DNA from: Candidatus Dojkabacteria bacterium
Lineage (GTDB): Bacteria > Patescibacteriota > Dojkabacteria > SC72 > JAFGCJ01
DNA length: 62,923 bases
Direction of reading: 5' to 3'
NCBI GenBank assembly: GCA_016932785.1
Contig: JAFGCJ010000007.1
Location: forward strand, 1 to 62,923
The notes under the pieces were generated by a model. That model did no database searches, was not told the DNA's origin, and was given only the letters and a program-made list of their open reading frames with translations. Positions 20,152 to 30,252 of this stretch are shown here, in pieces. The stretch's first letter is position 1; every line of letters begins with the position of its first letter. The position numbers and the translations under genes were made by a program.

Positions 20152-23100
20152 ATGTCAAAGTCTTCGGAATCGACTGCTTCCAAATTGTCAGAGCAAACTT
20201 TAACAAATACCAAAGAGTCATGGCTTAAGAGGCCATCAGCTTGTTGGGTCATTGTTATTCTGATACTTCTAGTTGTTCCGATAGTTGCGACTGTCGCACT
20301 AGCAATTTATTCAAGATATGCTGAAGAATGGGGAAATCCCAATGATGTTGCAATAACTAATGTTACAGGACGGTCCGTAACTGTCTCGTGGAGGACCGAT
20401 AGTAAAACCAAGGGGTTGGTCATATATGGTGAGAGCAAGAGTTTTCTTCCAGGGGTATTTGCATCTCTTTCGAAGAATGTTGCTTATGATGATCGTGATG
20501 TTGTTAATGCTCGACTGGCAGCGGCTGAGAGACAAATGAGTGAGATTGAAAAGAGTGGTAATTCAAGTGTTGATTATGGGGACTTTGAAGAGAATGTTGT
20601 GGTTGATGAGGTAGGAGAATATTATGTTCATCATGTTACTATTGGTGATCTTGATCCGGAAAAGAAATACTTTTTTATGATAGGTAATGGGCTGCGTTTT
20701 CTTGCACCTGAAGTTGATAAAGAGAAGGGTGGAGATGATGATAATTCATTTATGACCTATGCTGAGCTGGAGGATGTTCCTATGCCTAGCCCTGCGTATG
20801 GTAAGGTTGTACGGAAGGTAAGTAGCGAAATAATTGTTGAGGATGCAGAGAAAGAAGGGGAGGCCGAATTTCAAGAGATTGAGAAAAGTCTTCCTGTTAG
20901 CGATGGTGTTATGTATATGAGGATGGAGTCACCAGATGGTACGTCTTCAGGTTTGGTGTCTTGTTCTTTGGCAGAGAATGGTTCGTGGTATATAGATTTA
21001 AGTAATATCCGGATGAAGGACGGGAAGGTTTTCCTGGAGGAGGTTGACGAAGAAATATACTATTTAATGGAAGAGCATTTACAAGTAAAGACTGGAGAGT
21101 GGGACGATATTACGAAAGTTATTACAACTGATAATGATGCACCTGCTGATGATATTGTTGTGAGTGTTTCCAATGAGGCTGCCAATATGGAATATACTGA
21201 CAGAAACCTTTCCCAGAATTCCGGAGTTTCTTTTGTGTCTAAGGTTTATGCTATTTCTTGTGCAAATTATGCAGATGGAAGTGGTTGTCGGGATGAAGGT
21301 GGCGGTTGTAACTGTGATAATGGTTGGGTGGGTCATGTTACTTGTGAAGCAGCAAGATATGATTGCAGCGGTGAGGCTCCTGCCGGGATTTCTGGTTACA
21401 ACGATGATGTCAATAAGCAATGGATAGCTTTTTGTACAGCGAGGGGAGCGAATGCCTGTTGGAATGGAAGTAATCCGGGTTGTGATGATGGAGGAGGTTG
21501 TAGGAATATATGTGGAAGTCCTGGTTCTTGGGAGTATTGTGAGGAAATGCCTTCGGAGGAGCCTCCTGGTGGTGGAGGAGTCCCGGCGACTTGTGTTCCG
21601 GGATCAAATGAACGTGGCAGCTGGGGCGAAGATGGGGTTTGTGACGGTACTGTACGTCCCTGTAAGTATCATGAAGGATATGTGACTAAAGACGGATATA
21701 CATGTTGTGCTGATGGGAGTTGGGCGAATCCCGGGGATAGTTGTGGAGGAGTGACTCCGCCTGTCGTTCCTGATGTTTGCACCTCGGGACCGGATTGTCC
21801 GATAACTAATTATTGTAGGACTGAAGCGACTTATCCGGGAATAATTAATGACTGTTCGTCCTACGACGCTCACTTGTGTTGTAGAGATAGGGGTACCAAA
21901 AATGAGGTTGCTTGCTGTTGTGACGATCCCAGCAGTAATTGCTGGGGTACTGGTGGAGGTACGCCGCCCGGTGGAAAGTATGGTGACTGTAGGGACAGTT
22001 TTAGGGCGTGGGCGGCGTGTGATTGTCCTGGGACCATTTTTAATGGATTTGTGTGTTATGGACGTAATTGGACTGGTCACTACTGGAGCCAGCGGATTGA
22101 CGATGGATCTACTGTTTGCACAGCTCCTGCTGATAGAAGCTGTGTCTGTACAATTGGGACCAAGGATGAAATTTCAGCTGGGGAAACCTGTGCAACCATT
22201 CCTGGTGCTGTTGCTCTTCCACGGGTAAGCTCGGGGGAGAAGTGTTGTTCTACTAGGTGTTGGTGTTCATATACTCCTTCATGGGATGCTTATCAGCATG
22301 AGATAGTTTATGGCGATTGGTGTCGGCATTTCTCTGCTTCGTGGTGTCTTATGGGGGATCCGGCTGATCCGGACTTTCAAGGTAGGATATGTTATCAGGA
22401 CGGTACGACCTGTGATTGTGGTTGGCTTGGATGTACCTGTACTGGTCCTAAGGCTACGCAAGTTTGTTCCGTTATGGATTTTGAGAAAATGGAGTGTATG
22501 TATGATATTGGGTCTGAATCGAGTGGTTTGGTGCCAAAGGCTTATGCCGCGGAAAGTAAGATAATTCTTTCTTCGGAGAATGGACTTTTTGCTTTTGATG
22601 AGAGTGGCTCATACTGTGTTGATTATGATGATGAGCGATACTGTTTCGACATAAGTGGTCCTGGGAGTCATAAATTATATGTGGATGTCAATGGCGATGG
22701 TAGATATGGTGAAGGAGATGTGGATTTATCTGAAGATGGTAAGGAAATAGAGCTCACAAGAGAAGCTCACACGAGAACGTGGGAGGTTAATGAGGGGTAT
22801 AACTTTATTTCATTTGATCTTGTTGATGAAAATACAGGCAACATGGCTTCTGACTGGTTGGATCGGATGAATGATATCTATGATGACGCTTTCTATTCCA
22901 TTGGTATTTATGAGAGCGGCAGATGGCAAATTATTGGAAATCGTGGTGGGGAGAGTTACGGACAGGAAGATTTTCAGATTATTCCTGGGCGAGGCTACAT
23001 ATTGAGCGTTGCCAGGGATATTGAAATTAAGATGGAGGGTAAAAAGGTAGCGGGCGCGGTACCGGTATCTTTTAGCGAAGGATGGAATCTAGCAGCTATT

Positions 23101-23340
23101 CATGGCTCTAATAAGTTGTATAGTGCTGAGGACTGGATAGTGGATATTGATCGAGTAGATAATCTAGATGCCGACAACGTTACATGGTGGAATTCAAAGG
23201 ATTCAAAATTTGTCGGTCTTCAGATGGAAAAAGACAGAAGTGGTGATGAACAGACTTATGGTAATGATTTCCCTATTGATCCTGGACTTGCATATTTTGT
23301 AAGGATTGTTGAGGGGAGCGGGAAATGGGAGCCGGATTAG
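20152..23340 (+). CDS. Giant membrane-anchored Cys-rich surface protein, paralog A (FN3-like N-domain, Cys-rich core, conserved C-domain)
   Basis: N-terminal TM helix and an FN3-like VAITNVTGRSVTVSWRTDSKTKGLVIYG. The central ~400 aa are dense in Cys. The C-terminal ~270 aa are shared with the downstream paralog. Confidence 0.85.
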   Translation: MSKSSESTASKLSEQTLTNTKESWLKRPSACWVIVILILLVVPIVATVALAIYSRYAEEWGNPNDVAITNVTGRSVTVSWRTDSKTKGLVIYGESKSFLPGVFASLSKNVAYDDRDVVNARLAAAERQMSEIEKSGNSSVDYGDFEENVVVDEVGEYYVHHVTIGDLDPEKKYFFMIGNGLRFLAPEVDKEKGGDDDNSFMTYAELEDVPMPSPAYGKVVRKVSSEIIVEDAEKEGEAEFQEIEKSLPVSDGVMYMRMESPDGTSSGLVSCSLAENGSWYIDLSNIRMKDGKVFLEEVDEEIYYLMEEHLQVKTGEWDDITKVITTDNDAPADDIVVSVSNEAANMEYTDRNLSQNSGVSFVSKVYAISCANYADGSGCRDEGGGCNCDNGWVGHVTCEAARYDCSGEAPAGISGYNDDVNKQWIAFCTARGANACWNGSNPGCDDGGGCRNICGSPGSWEYCEEMPSEEPPGGGGVPATCVPGSNERGSWGEDGVCDGTVRPCKYHEGYVTKDGYTCCADGSWANPGDSCGGVTPPVVPDVCTSGPDCPITNYCRTEATYPGIINDCSSYDAHLCCRDRGTKNEVACCCDDPSSNCWGTGGGTPPGGKYGDCRDSFRAWAACDCPGTIFNGFVCYGRNWTGHYWSQRIDDGSTVCTAPADRSCVCTIGTKDEISAGETCATIPGAVALPRVSSGEKCCSTRCWCSYTPSWDAYQHEIVYGDWCRHFSASWCLMGDPADPDFQGRICYQDGTTCDCGWLGCTCTGPKATQVCSVMDFEKMECMYDIGSESSGLVPKAYAAESKIILSSENGLFAFDESGSYCVDYDDERYCFDISGPGSHKLYVDVNGDGRYGEGDVDLSEDGKEIELTREAHTRTWEVNEGYNFISFDLVDENTGNMASDWLDRMNDIYDDAFYSIGIYESGRWQIIGNRGGESYGQEDFQIIPGRGYILSVARDIEIKMEGKKVAGAVPVSFSEGWNLAAIHGSNKLYSAEDWIVDIDRVDNLDADNVTWWNSKDSKFVGLQMEKDRSGDEQTYGNDFPIDPGLAYFVRIVEGSGKWEPD

Positions 23341-23448
23341 CAAAAGAGTTCTGAGGCTACAAAATAAAATTTATTATAGTTGCTATTTGGATATTGGGAA
23401 TGTCTTGTAAATCTTGACGTTGCTTAAATTGTCTGTCTTAATATTAGT

Positions 23449-26400
23449 ATGAAAACATTTTCAATAAAGAAATTTTTTACTTTTCCAAAAGTATTTCTGT
23501 TCTGTTGTGGCTTAATTGGGGTTTTATCTGTTGTTGCGGTTCTTTATTTTTACTTTAGCGAGCCGTGGTCTGAGCCGTATAGTGTTAGGATTACAAACAT
23601 TACCGATAGATCTGCGACTGTTTCGTGGGTTACTGATGAAAAGACAAAGGGAGTTGTTATTTATGGTGAGAAAGATAATTTTGGTCCTTGGGTTTTTGCT
23701 AAGGTCGGCAAGAAGATAGCATATGATGATAGGGATGTTGCTGAGGCTCGGTTGCAAGCCGCTGATGAAGAGAAGTCAAAAATTGAGGATATTGATAGCT
23801 TCGAGGTTGATTATAGTGAAGTTGATGAAAAGATAGTTGTGGAGGAGTTAGGCAAGTACTATGTTCATCATGTTACTCTAACAAATTTAGATCCGGAGTC
23901 AGCGTATTATTTCAAGATTGGAAATGTGCTTCGTTTTGTCTCACCAGATGTTAGCGAGGATGATGGAGGATTTGGTGGAAATAAAGTTGAAACATTTGAA
24001 GAGTTGGATGAGCTTCCGTTGCCGAATCCGGCATATGGGGTAGTTAAGAAGGAAGTTAAGAACGAAGAATATGAGTTACTTGAGGACTCTTTAGTTTACT
24101 TGACTCCAGTTATTCCAACTGAATATAGAGCAGGTACGATGCTGTCTTCTGTGACCGGAGAAAATGGTAGTTGGTATATAGATCTGTCTGCCTCAAGGGA
24201 CGTAGAGACGGGTGAATTGTTGGATGATTACGAAGAGGATGATGGCCAGCTGATTTCTGTTGAAGCTGGACCTCAAGGTGAAATTAAAGAATTTGGAAAT
24301 CCTGCTTCTTGGGATACACCGGCACAGCCGTTTATAATTTGGATGGATGAATCCGGTAGTTCTGATGAGAGTAGCTCCAATCCAAGAGGCGAAGTAAGGG
24401 GTTTGGTTTCTTTTTTGGGTGATTTTATTACGCCAGTTTTAGCAAGTTGTAAGGATGAATGTATGCCTTCATGTATGAGCGGTGCGTGTGCACAGTGTCC
24501 GGATAATGATAACGATGGTAAACCGGATTGTCCTTGTGATGCATCTAGGAGTTGGGAAAAAGGATGTCCGGCGGGTTGCGAGGCAAAATGTGCATCCCTG
24601 GGTAGTGGTGATGATGGAGGGGATGACGTGGACTGTAAGTGGGAGCTAAAGACAGAGCCTGGTGTAGGGGAGCAGTTTTGTAAGGTAGAAAAGGGTAGTC
24701 AATGCTGCTACGTGTGTTATAGGAATGCTTATCAAAATAATTGTTCAGGGGAATGGAAACGGGACGGTGAATTTAATTGTTATCAGCATGATAGCTCTGG
24801 TGCGTGTGCTGGAGAGGCTCCACCGGGTGAGAATGGTAGTCCTGCTAATTCTGGTCAGGAACCGCCGTCTTCAGGAACAGGTGGTGGTCCAGTTCATGAT
24901 AGAGAGGATGTTCCTAGTGGTTGTGACATTTCTGAGTGGACTAATCAGGATATTTCGGATGGGGAATGTTGTGGTTGGTATAACGAGGCTAGTTGTACGT
25001 GTAGCTGCTCTGGGGGTACGACCAAGAGTGTTGGGTGGGGTCAGAAGTGTGACTGTAGTGGAGTTGGGGGGGAATGTTGTGTTAAGTATGATCGTGTACA
25101 CGGATACAATTGTCCATCGGGGGATTACTTAGAGTTAAAGGTATATACCGTTTCGGAAAAAACCGGCTCTTCTTGTAGCGCTGGTACCGCAAGTAGCGGT
25201 GGGATATGCAATTACACTGGTACCAGCATGGACGCGGTCTACAAGTGTCCTGACGGTAGCTACACCAGGACAAAGTCAGATTGTTGTAATACTGGAGGAT
25301 TAGCCTGCTGTTATAGTGTAAAGGAAACTGGTGATGGTTGGGTAAGATATGAAACTCCTACAGAATGTCCTCGAAGTTGTAATGATTGTCCAGGGGATTA
25401 TATATGGAGTACTGCGCCAACTACTGCTGTGTGCTCTGGACTTAATGTACAGTGTGACGACGGGACCTACGTTAGTAGTTCAAGTTCGTGTCCTGAGGGG
25501 ACAGGAGGCGATGGAAAAAAGAAGTGTGGTGATCCGGGAACTGTGGGACAGATGGGAAGTTATGGAGGGTGTGAACATGCATTTATGGAATGTGTGCAAA
25601 ATGGAACGGAATACGAGTGTCAGAGTGTGAAAATTGAAGTTCCAGATATTCCTCCCAGTGGATGTACTAATCCAGGAATGAGTGGAAGTGATGGCGGATG
25701 TCCCTTTGAGAGTCAGGTATGTGTGGAACGTAGTGATGGGGTACGGACGTGCGAAACGAGGGTTGGTGGAGCTACGGGGGGGATAAGTTTGGTGTGTGGT
25801 ACTATGGAAGGAACGAAAGGTAAAAAAGGTTCAGAGGGCGGATGTTCCGATGATGAAGTATGTGCCAAGGGCGCATTAGGCTGGGGATGTGTTAAAACAG
25901 TATCTCAAGAGGTTCCAGTATTCGTAATTCCTGATTTAGACCTTGAATCTCCGGGAACGTATTTGATTCAAAGAGTAAGAGCAGAAAGTATTATGCTGTC
26001 ACCATTTGAAGGCATATATCTGCTAAATCAGACGGGAAGGTACTGTATGGATTATAAGGATGAGAGATACTGCTTTGATATTGAAGTGCCTGGCAGCACG
26101 TTACTTTATGTAGACGAGAATGAAAACGAACAATATGATGAAGGGGTAGACACCAATATTGCTGATGATGCAGTCGAGATCGAGGTATCCAAGGAGTCTG
26201 TAATTAGAAATTATGCTATCTATGAAGGTTTCAATATTGTATCATTTGATGTTGTTGATATGGATGGAGGGACTATGGCATCTGATGTCATTTCCTATTT
26301 GAACGATGAATATGATGACAACTTTTATTCTATCGCCATGTACGATGGGGGATGGAATATTGTTGGGAACCGAGATGGCGAGGTCTATGGCGGAGAAAAT

Positions 26401-26772
26401 GATTTTCAGATTATTCCTGGGAGGGGATATCTACTTAGAGCCAAAAATGATATTGTGGCAAAATTTATTGGAAAATCTGTAGCCGAACCAGTTCCTGTAT
26501 ATATGCGGGAAGGATGGAACCTTGTAGGTATTGCGGGTTCGGATCAGTCCTATACTGCGACTTCTTGGATAGACTCTATTGATGAGATTGATGGTCTGGA
26601 TGCTGATAATGTTACTCGGTGGGATCTTGAGAAATCGAAATATGAGGGACTCCAGAAGGAGGAGGACGACGATGGTACAATTCAGGTCTACGGCTTCGAT
26701 TTTCCTATTGAGGACAGAATAGGTTATTTTGTAAGAATAGCCTCTGGGTCTGGGACCTGGACTCCGTATTAA
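23449..26772 (+). CDS. Giant membrane-anchored Cys-rich surface protein, paralog B
   Basis: Same architecture as 20152-23340. The N- and C-terminal blocks align colinearly (for example YYVHHVT..LDPE..YFF.IGN, and RYCFDI..PGS..LYVD). The central Cys-rich core is divergent. Confidence 0.85.
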   Translation: MKTFSIKKFFTFPKVFLFCCGLIGVLSVVAVLYFYFSEPWSEPYSVRITNITDRSATVSWVTDEKTKGVVIYGEKDNFGPWVFAKVGKKIAYDDRDVAEARLQAADEEKSKIEDIDSFEVDYSEVDEKIVVEELGKYYVHHVTLTNLDPESAYYFKIGNVLRFVSPDVSEDDGGFGGNKVETFEELDELPLPNPAYGVVKKEVKNEEYELLEDSLVYLTPVIPTEYRAGTMLSSVTGENGSWYIDLSASRDVETGELLDDYEEDDGQLISVEAGPQGEIKEFGNPASWDTPAQPFIIWMDESGSSDESSSNPRGEVRGLVSFLGDFITPVLASCKDECMPSCMSGACAQCPDNDNDGKPDCPCDASRSWEKGCPAGCEAKCASLGSGDDGGDDVDCKWELKTEPGVGEQFCKVEKGSQCCYVCYRNAYQNNCSGEWKRDGEFNCYQHDSSGACAGEAPPGENGSPANSGQEPPSSGTGGGPVHDREDVPSGCDISEWTNQDISDGECCGWYNEASCTCSCSGGTTKSVGWGQKCDCSGVGGECCVKYDRVHGYNCPSGDYLELKVYTVSEKTGSSCSAGTASSGGICNYTGTSMDAVYKCPDGSYTRTKSDCCNTGGLACCYSVKETGDGWVRYETPTECPRSCNDCPGDYIWSTAPTTAVCSGLNVQCDDGTYVSSSSSCPEGTGGDGKKKCGDPGTVGQMGSYGGCEHAFMECVQNGTEYECQSVKIEVPDIPPSGCTNPGMSGSDGGCPFESQVCVERSDGVRTCETRVGGATGGISLVCGTMEGTKGKKGSEGGCSDDEVCAKGALGWGCVKTVSQEVPVFVIPDLDLESPGTYLIQRVRAESIMLSPFEGIYLLNQTGRYCMDYKDERYCFDIEVPGSTLLYVDENENEQYDEGVDTNIADDAVEIEVSKESVIRNYAIYEGFNIVSFDVVDMDGGTMASDVISYLNDEYDDNFYSIAMYDGGWNIVGNRDGEVYGGENDFQIIPGRGYLLRAKNDIVAKFIGKSVAEPVPVYMREGWNLVGIAGSDQSYTATSWIDSIDEIDGLDADNVTRWDLEKSKYEGLQKEEDDDGTIQVYGFDFPIEDRIGYFVRIASGSGTWTPY

Positions 26773-26863
26773 GTCCCAAGTACTCAATTATATAGGTCTT
26801 GTTTTCATCGATATATATAACGTAAAATGCCTTTGGTCTGTGAAAAATCCAGTCCCAAGGACT
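26772..26863. repeat. REP doublet (AGTCCCAAGTACT at 26772, AGTCCCAAGGACT at 26851)
   Basis: The two copies are 79 nt apart. The first begins at the last base of the paralog B stop codon. The second ends 2 nt before tRNA-Ala(GGC). Confidence 0.75.
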
Positions 26864-26865
26864 AA

Positions 26866-26939
26866 GGGCCCGTAGCTCAGCTGGCTAGAGCATTGCTATG
26901 GCATAGCAAGGGTCGCGAGTTCGAATCTCGCCGGGTCCA
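26866..26939 (+). tRNA. tRNA-Ala (anticodon GGC)
   Basis: Hand-folded cloverleaf with anticodon loop ATGGCAT and a G3:U70 pair. Confidence 0.85.
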
Positions 26940-27004
26940 GAGAAATTCATATGCTTATACCCTTTTCCGATTGCCTGGCTGGAAAGCATGCATTTTGTAG
27001 CGGT

Positions 27005-27856
27005 TTAGGACAGCTTTTGAACTTCTTTCTCTGAAATAAAACGACAAGGAACTAGTTCTCTGAAGTTTAGGGATGTAATTTTATGAGTATGGGTAGGTGT
27101 CGGGGTTCTAACAATATTGTCGTCGATGTCCAGAAATTTGAAGTCTCCTCTTTTTTGAAATTCGCCTATCCAGAGTGGCCACATATTGGTTACCATGGGT
27201 GTTGTGAGGTTTGGTCCTGAGCGTGTAACCTGTCGGAAAACAGCTTCATAACAATTATGTGGTCTCCAGATGAATGTATCTTCCGAAAATTCGAGTTCCA
27301 TGACTGCCGTTCCGACAGAAATCAAAAGGAGTCCTTTTTTATCGAATAATTGTTTTGCCTGATTTAGAAATGATTGAATATAGTTGCCTGTGACAGATTC
27401 GGAGAGTGAAGAATGAATAGCTATTCCTAGACTGTTTGCGGCGACGATTGCAACAATTTTTTCTTCGGGTAATACCGCAGGTAAACAGTCAGCAAGGTAC
27501 CATCCGTTTCCTATGAAAACTCTAAGCTCTTGTTGTAGCCCACGGTCGTGTATTGCTTCTGTTATATCATGATGTCGACCAGAATGGGCCTCTATCCCAA
27601 GGATATGCGCCTTATACCCGGAAATTTCTCTGAGCTCTACCATCTCATGTATCGATGATGGACCTATAGATACGATGCATGGAGTCATGCCTTTTTCTAC
27701 ATTTTCTGCTGTATCACGTATCTCGTTCAGTGGTCCATCATCAATATCGTCTTGGAGTCTCTGAGACCAAGAATCTGATCTATCCCAGACTCCTGGCTCG
27801 GTGTTCGACGGCCATACTCCTGAAAGTTGATCTGGTGATGTTGTATAGGTTGTCAT
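27005..27856 (-). CDS. Hypothetical protein
   Basis: A long ORF with no recognised motif. The start was moved to the internal ATG (MTTYTTSPD...). Confidence 0.55.
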   Translation of the reverse strand: MTTYTTSPDQLSGVWPSNTEPGVWDRSDSWSQRLQDDIDDGPLNEIRDTAENVEKGMTPCIVSIGPSSIHEMVELREISGYKAHILGIEAHSGRHHDITEAIHDRGLQQELRVFIGNGWYLADCLPAVLPEEKIVAIVAANSLGIAIHSSLSESVTGNYIQSFLNQAKQLFDKKGLLLISVGTAVMELEFSEDTFIWRPHNCYEAVFRQVTRSGPNLTTPMVTNMWPLWIGEFQKRGDFKFLDIDDNIVRTPTPTHTHKITSLNFRELVPCRFISEKEVQKLS

Positions 27857-28053
27857 GAATACGTTAAAAGTAGCAGAGGAATAGAACAATTGTCAAATTA
27901 ATCATGAGTTTACGGAATTGTGATAAATGAATACAAAAACACGACTAGCTGCAACTTTGTCTTGCAAAATCCAGAAAAAATCTATCCTTGTTTCCCTATT
28001 ATTTACAGATCTGATTTGCAACCTCCATGTACTTTTTTTGATAAAATACTGTA

Positions 28054-28569
28054 ATGCTAATATCTGGTTTATACCAAAACTCCATTCTTGTTGAAGAGTC
28101 CGATTGGAAGGGAGTTCCTTATGTTACAGAAATTTATGATTCAATAGATTTCGACGTTTTATCACCTGTAACGCAAGTTCAGGCTGTATGCTTTTTAAAT
28201 AAAAAAGAGGTTGTTCTCTATGAGCATGTCGATGGTTACTATGGACTTCCTGGGGGACATGTTAAAGAGGGCGAGGATATCAAGACTGCGCTGGAGCGGG
28301 AAATCAGTGAAGAAATTGCCTGTAAGTTAGTAGATTTTGGTCCTGTATGCTATGCAAAGACTTACAAGAAAGATAGTCCAGAGAAGGTGTCTTACAATCT
28401 GAGGTTCTGGGCAAAAGTAGAATTGCTCGATAGTAAAGTTAAGGATCCTGATAATAAGGCATTAAGGCGTGTGGTTGTTCCCTTCTGTGAAGCTCCGGAA
28501 AAACTAGCTTGGGGTAAGAAGGGAGAGGTGTTGTTGAGGTTGGCGACAGCGAGGTTTGATTTGAAGTAG
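28054..28569 (+). CDS. NUDIX hydrolase
   Basis: Nudix box GGHVKEGEDIKTALEREISEEIA (GX5EX7REUXEEXGU pattern). Confidence 0.85.
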   Translation: MLISGLYQNSILVEESDWKGVPYVTEIYDSIDFDVLSPVTQVQAVCFLNKKEVVLYEHVDGYYGLPGGHVKEGEDIKTALEREISEEIACKLVDFGPVCYAKTYKKDSPEKVSYNLRFWAKVELLDSKVKDPDNKALRRVVVPFCEAPEKLAWGKKGEVLLRLATARFDLK

Positions 28570-28599
28570 GAAACTTACCTCATGTGGGAATCCTAATTA

Positions 28600-28893
28600 T
28601 CATGCCTGTTTTCTTCTTTTCTTTATCGACTCTCTAACGCACTGTTCGAAATCCACTTCTTTTCTGTTACAAAATTGCAGTATTAGCTGACCGAGATCTC
28701 CAATTTCTTCTTCGATTGGATCGGTAGTAATAATATCCTTCTTATATCCAGGATGTTCAGCTAGCCATCTGGAAGACAGCTCACCAAGTTCCTCTTGCAT
28801 TGCGAGTAGAAGAAGAGTAGGTTCCGTCTTCCAATTATTGTGAGTATAGAGGTCTGCGACCTCTTTCTGGATTCTTGAACAGGAGGGTTTCAT
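28600..28893 (-). CDS. MazG-like nucleotide pyrophosphohydrolase (short form)
   Basis: LLLLAMQEELGELS...EEEIGDLGQLILQF matches the EExxE...ExxD MazG helices. The start was moved to the internal ATG, because the longer ORF overlaps the divergent neighbour. Confidence 0.7.
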   Translation of the reverse strand: MKPSCSRIQKEVADLYTHNNWKTEPTLLLLAMQEELGELSSRWLAEHPGYKKDIITTDPIEEEIGDLGQLILQFCNRKEVDFEQCVRESIKKRRKQA

Positions 28894-28990
28894 TTCTAGC
28901 TGGAGTGATAGGTTATTGATAGAACTATAGCACAAATGGGTTTTGATTGGGCAGCACATCTTCAGTATTGTCTTGCTGTATAATTTCGAT

Positions 28991-29638
28991 ATGAGTGATT
29001 CAAAAACTAGGGATACTCTTTTAGAGATAGGCAATGAATATGTTGCAGCCCTAAGGGAAATTCTTCCTGACTCATGTACCGTCCAGCTGGGAGGAAGTTT
29101 AGTAAGCACTATTTATGATGATGCAGCATATGTTGATGAGTATGAGGTTGATATTCGTATAGTAGTCGACTCTCTGTTGGCCGAAGATGCAAGTAAAGTT
29201 GCTGAAGAAATTCGGAAGATCCTCAATGTTAAGGAAGTACGCTTTCTTGAAGAAACCAAAATTAGGCCCTATAGATGGGCGTTATCAGTGAAGGCCATTA
29301 CCGATGAGATGGTTAATGGTAAACCGGTAGAGCTGGATATTGCCATCTGGCCAAAGGGATCGGTTGAATATGCCTGTTACATAGATTATCTTCCAGCCAA
29401 TTTGCTGGAGCAGTATGTTGGTTACCGGAAGGAGCTCAGAGGTGATAGATCCAAGTACAAGAAAATGAAAACACAGTTTTATTCCGTAATCAGATGTTTA
29501 TATGATAAGGGTTATTGGGCGGGTACGGGTGTTGAAGACAATATTGAGGTTGTGGGGAATAGGTCGTTGTACCGGAAAGCTGTGGATTTATATTGGGGAG
29601 AAAATTTAGATGAGATTCTGAGTCGTGAAGTGTATTAA
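28991..29638 (+). CDS. Nucleotidyltransferase-fold (Pol-beta superfamily) protein
   Basis: LGGSLVSTIYDD...EYEVDIRIVV fits the GS...[DE]x[DE] minimal NTase signature. The start is at the internal ATG. Confidence 0.55.
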   Translation: MSDSKTRDTLLEIGNEYVAALREILPDSCTVQLGGSLVSTIYDDAAYVDEYEVDIRIVVDSLLAEDASKVAEEIRKILNVKEVRFLEETKIRPYRWALSVKAITDEMVNGKPVELDIAIWPKGSVEYACYIDYLPANLLEQYVGYRKELRGDRSKYKKMKTQFYSVIRCLYDKGYWAGTGVEDNIEVVGNRSLYRKAVDLYWGENLDEILSREVY

Positions 29639-29750
29639 CGTGAGTTTTTGAGGGATTTCTAGGGAAGTGTTCTTTAGTTCTAGCTATGTACGATAGTCGC
29701 TCTATAATGGTATAATACTATGGGTCGTTAACAGAAAAAATGGAGGGAAT

Positions 29751-30119
29751 ATGGTAAAGACTATGTTACAAAATCCTCGGCGTTTGATAATCATTATGCT
29801 GATAATGATTGTAGCCGCGACTACTCTGATAGTCATTCTCTTCTCATCGTCGAATGTTGATCTTGATTGGCTTTTGCGACCTCCGGAGCAACCGCCGGAT
29901 GAGAGCCGTAAATGGAGTGAAGCTGACAAGAAGGCACTGGATGCTTTTCTCGGAGGAGGAGCTACAGAGATAGAGGCGGCGGTCGCTGCCCAGATAGTAA
30001 GAGAATGGGAAACTGGGCAGATTGAGGACATCCCAGAGGATGCTCAGCAACTTCTGGAAGATGTTCAGAAGAAACTCCAAGATCAAGGAGGGCAAGAAGG
30101 AGGCGGTCCATCAGAGTAA
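29751..30119 (+). CDS. Small membrane-anchored hypothetical protein
   Basis: An N-terminal TM helix (LIIIMLIMIVAATTLIVILF) followed by an acidic, Gln-rich tail. Confidence 0.5.
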   Translation: MVKTMLQNPRRLIIIMLIMIVAATTLIVILFSSSNVDLDWLLRPPEQPPDESRKWSEADKKALDAFLGGGATEIEAAVAAQIVREWETGQIEDIPEDAQQLLEDVQKKLQDQGGQEGGGPSE

Positions 30120-30142
30120 ATGACATCGTCCGATCAATATAA

Positions 30143-30200
30143 GGTTCGCCTGGCTGTGCCATTGGGGCACAAATTATATAACGACCTAGCCAGGTGAACC
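30143..30200. other. Long inverted repeat or hairpin between convergent genes
   Basis: GGTTCGCCTGGCT at 30143-30155 pairs with AGCCAGGTGAACC at 30188-30200 (12 Watson-Crick pairs plus one G:U). It has an inner GTGCC..GGCAC palindrome and no U-tract. Confidence 0.4.
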
Positions 30201-30252
30201 TCAATCGCAACATATTATTTCCTCGAGGCATTGTGGAGCTAATGTTCTGAAT

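Noticed and set aside
20152-26772. Diversity-generating retroelement as the cause of the divergent Cys-rich cores
   Set aside because: No reverse transcriptase ORF and no template/variable repeat pair are visible in the window. The divergence spans hundreds of residues rather than a short C-terminal VR.
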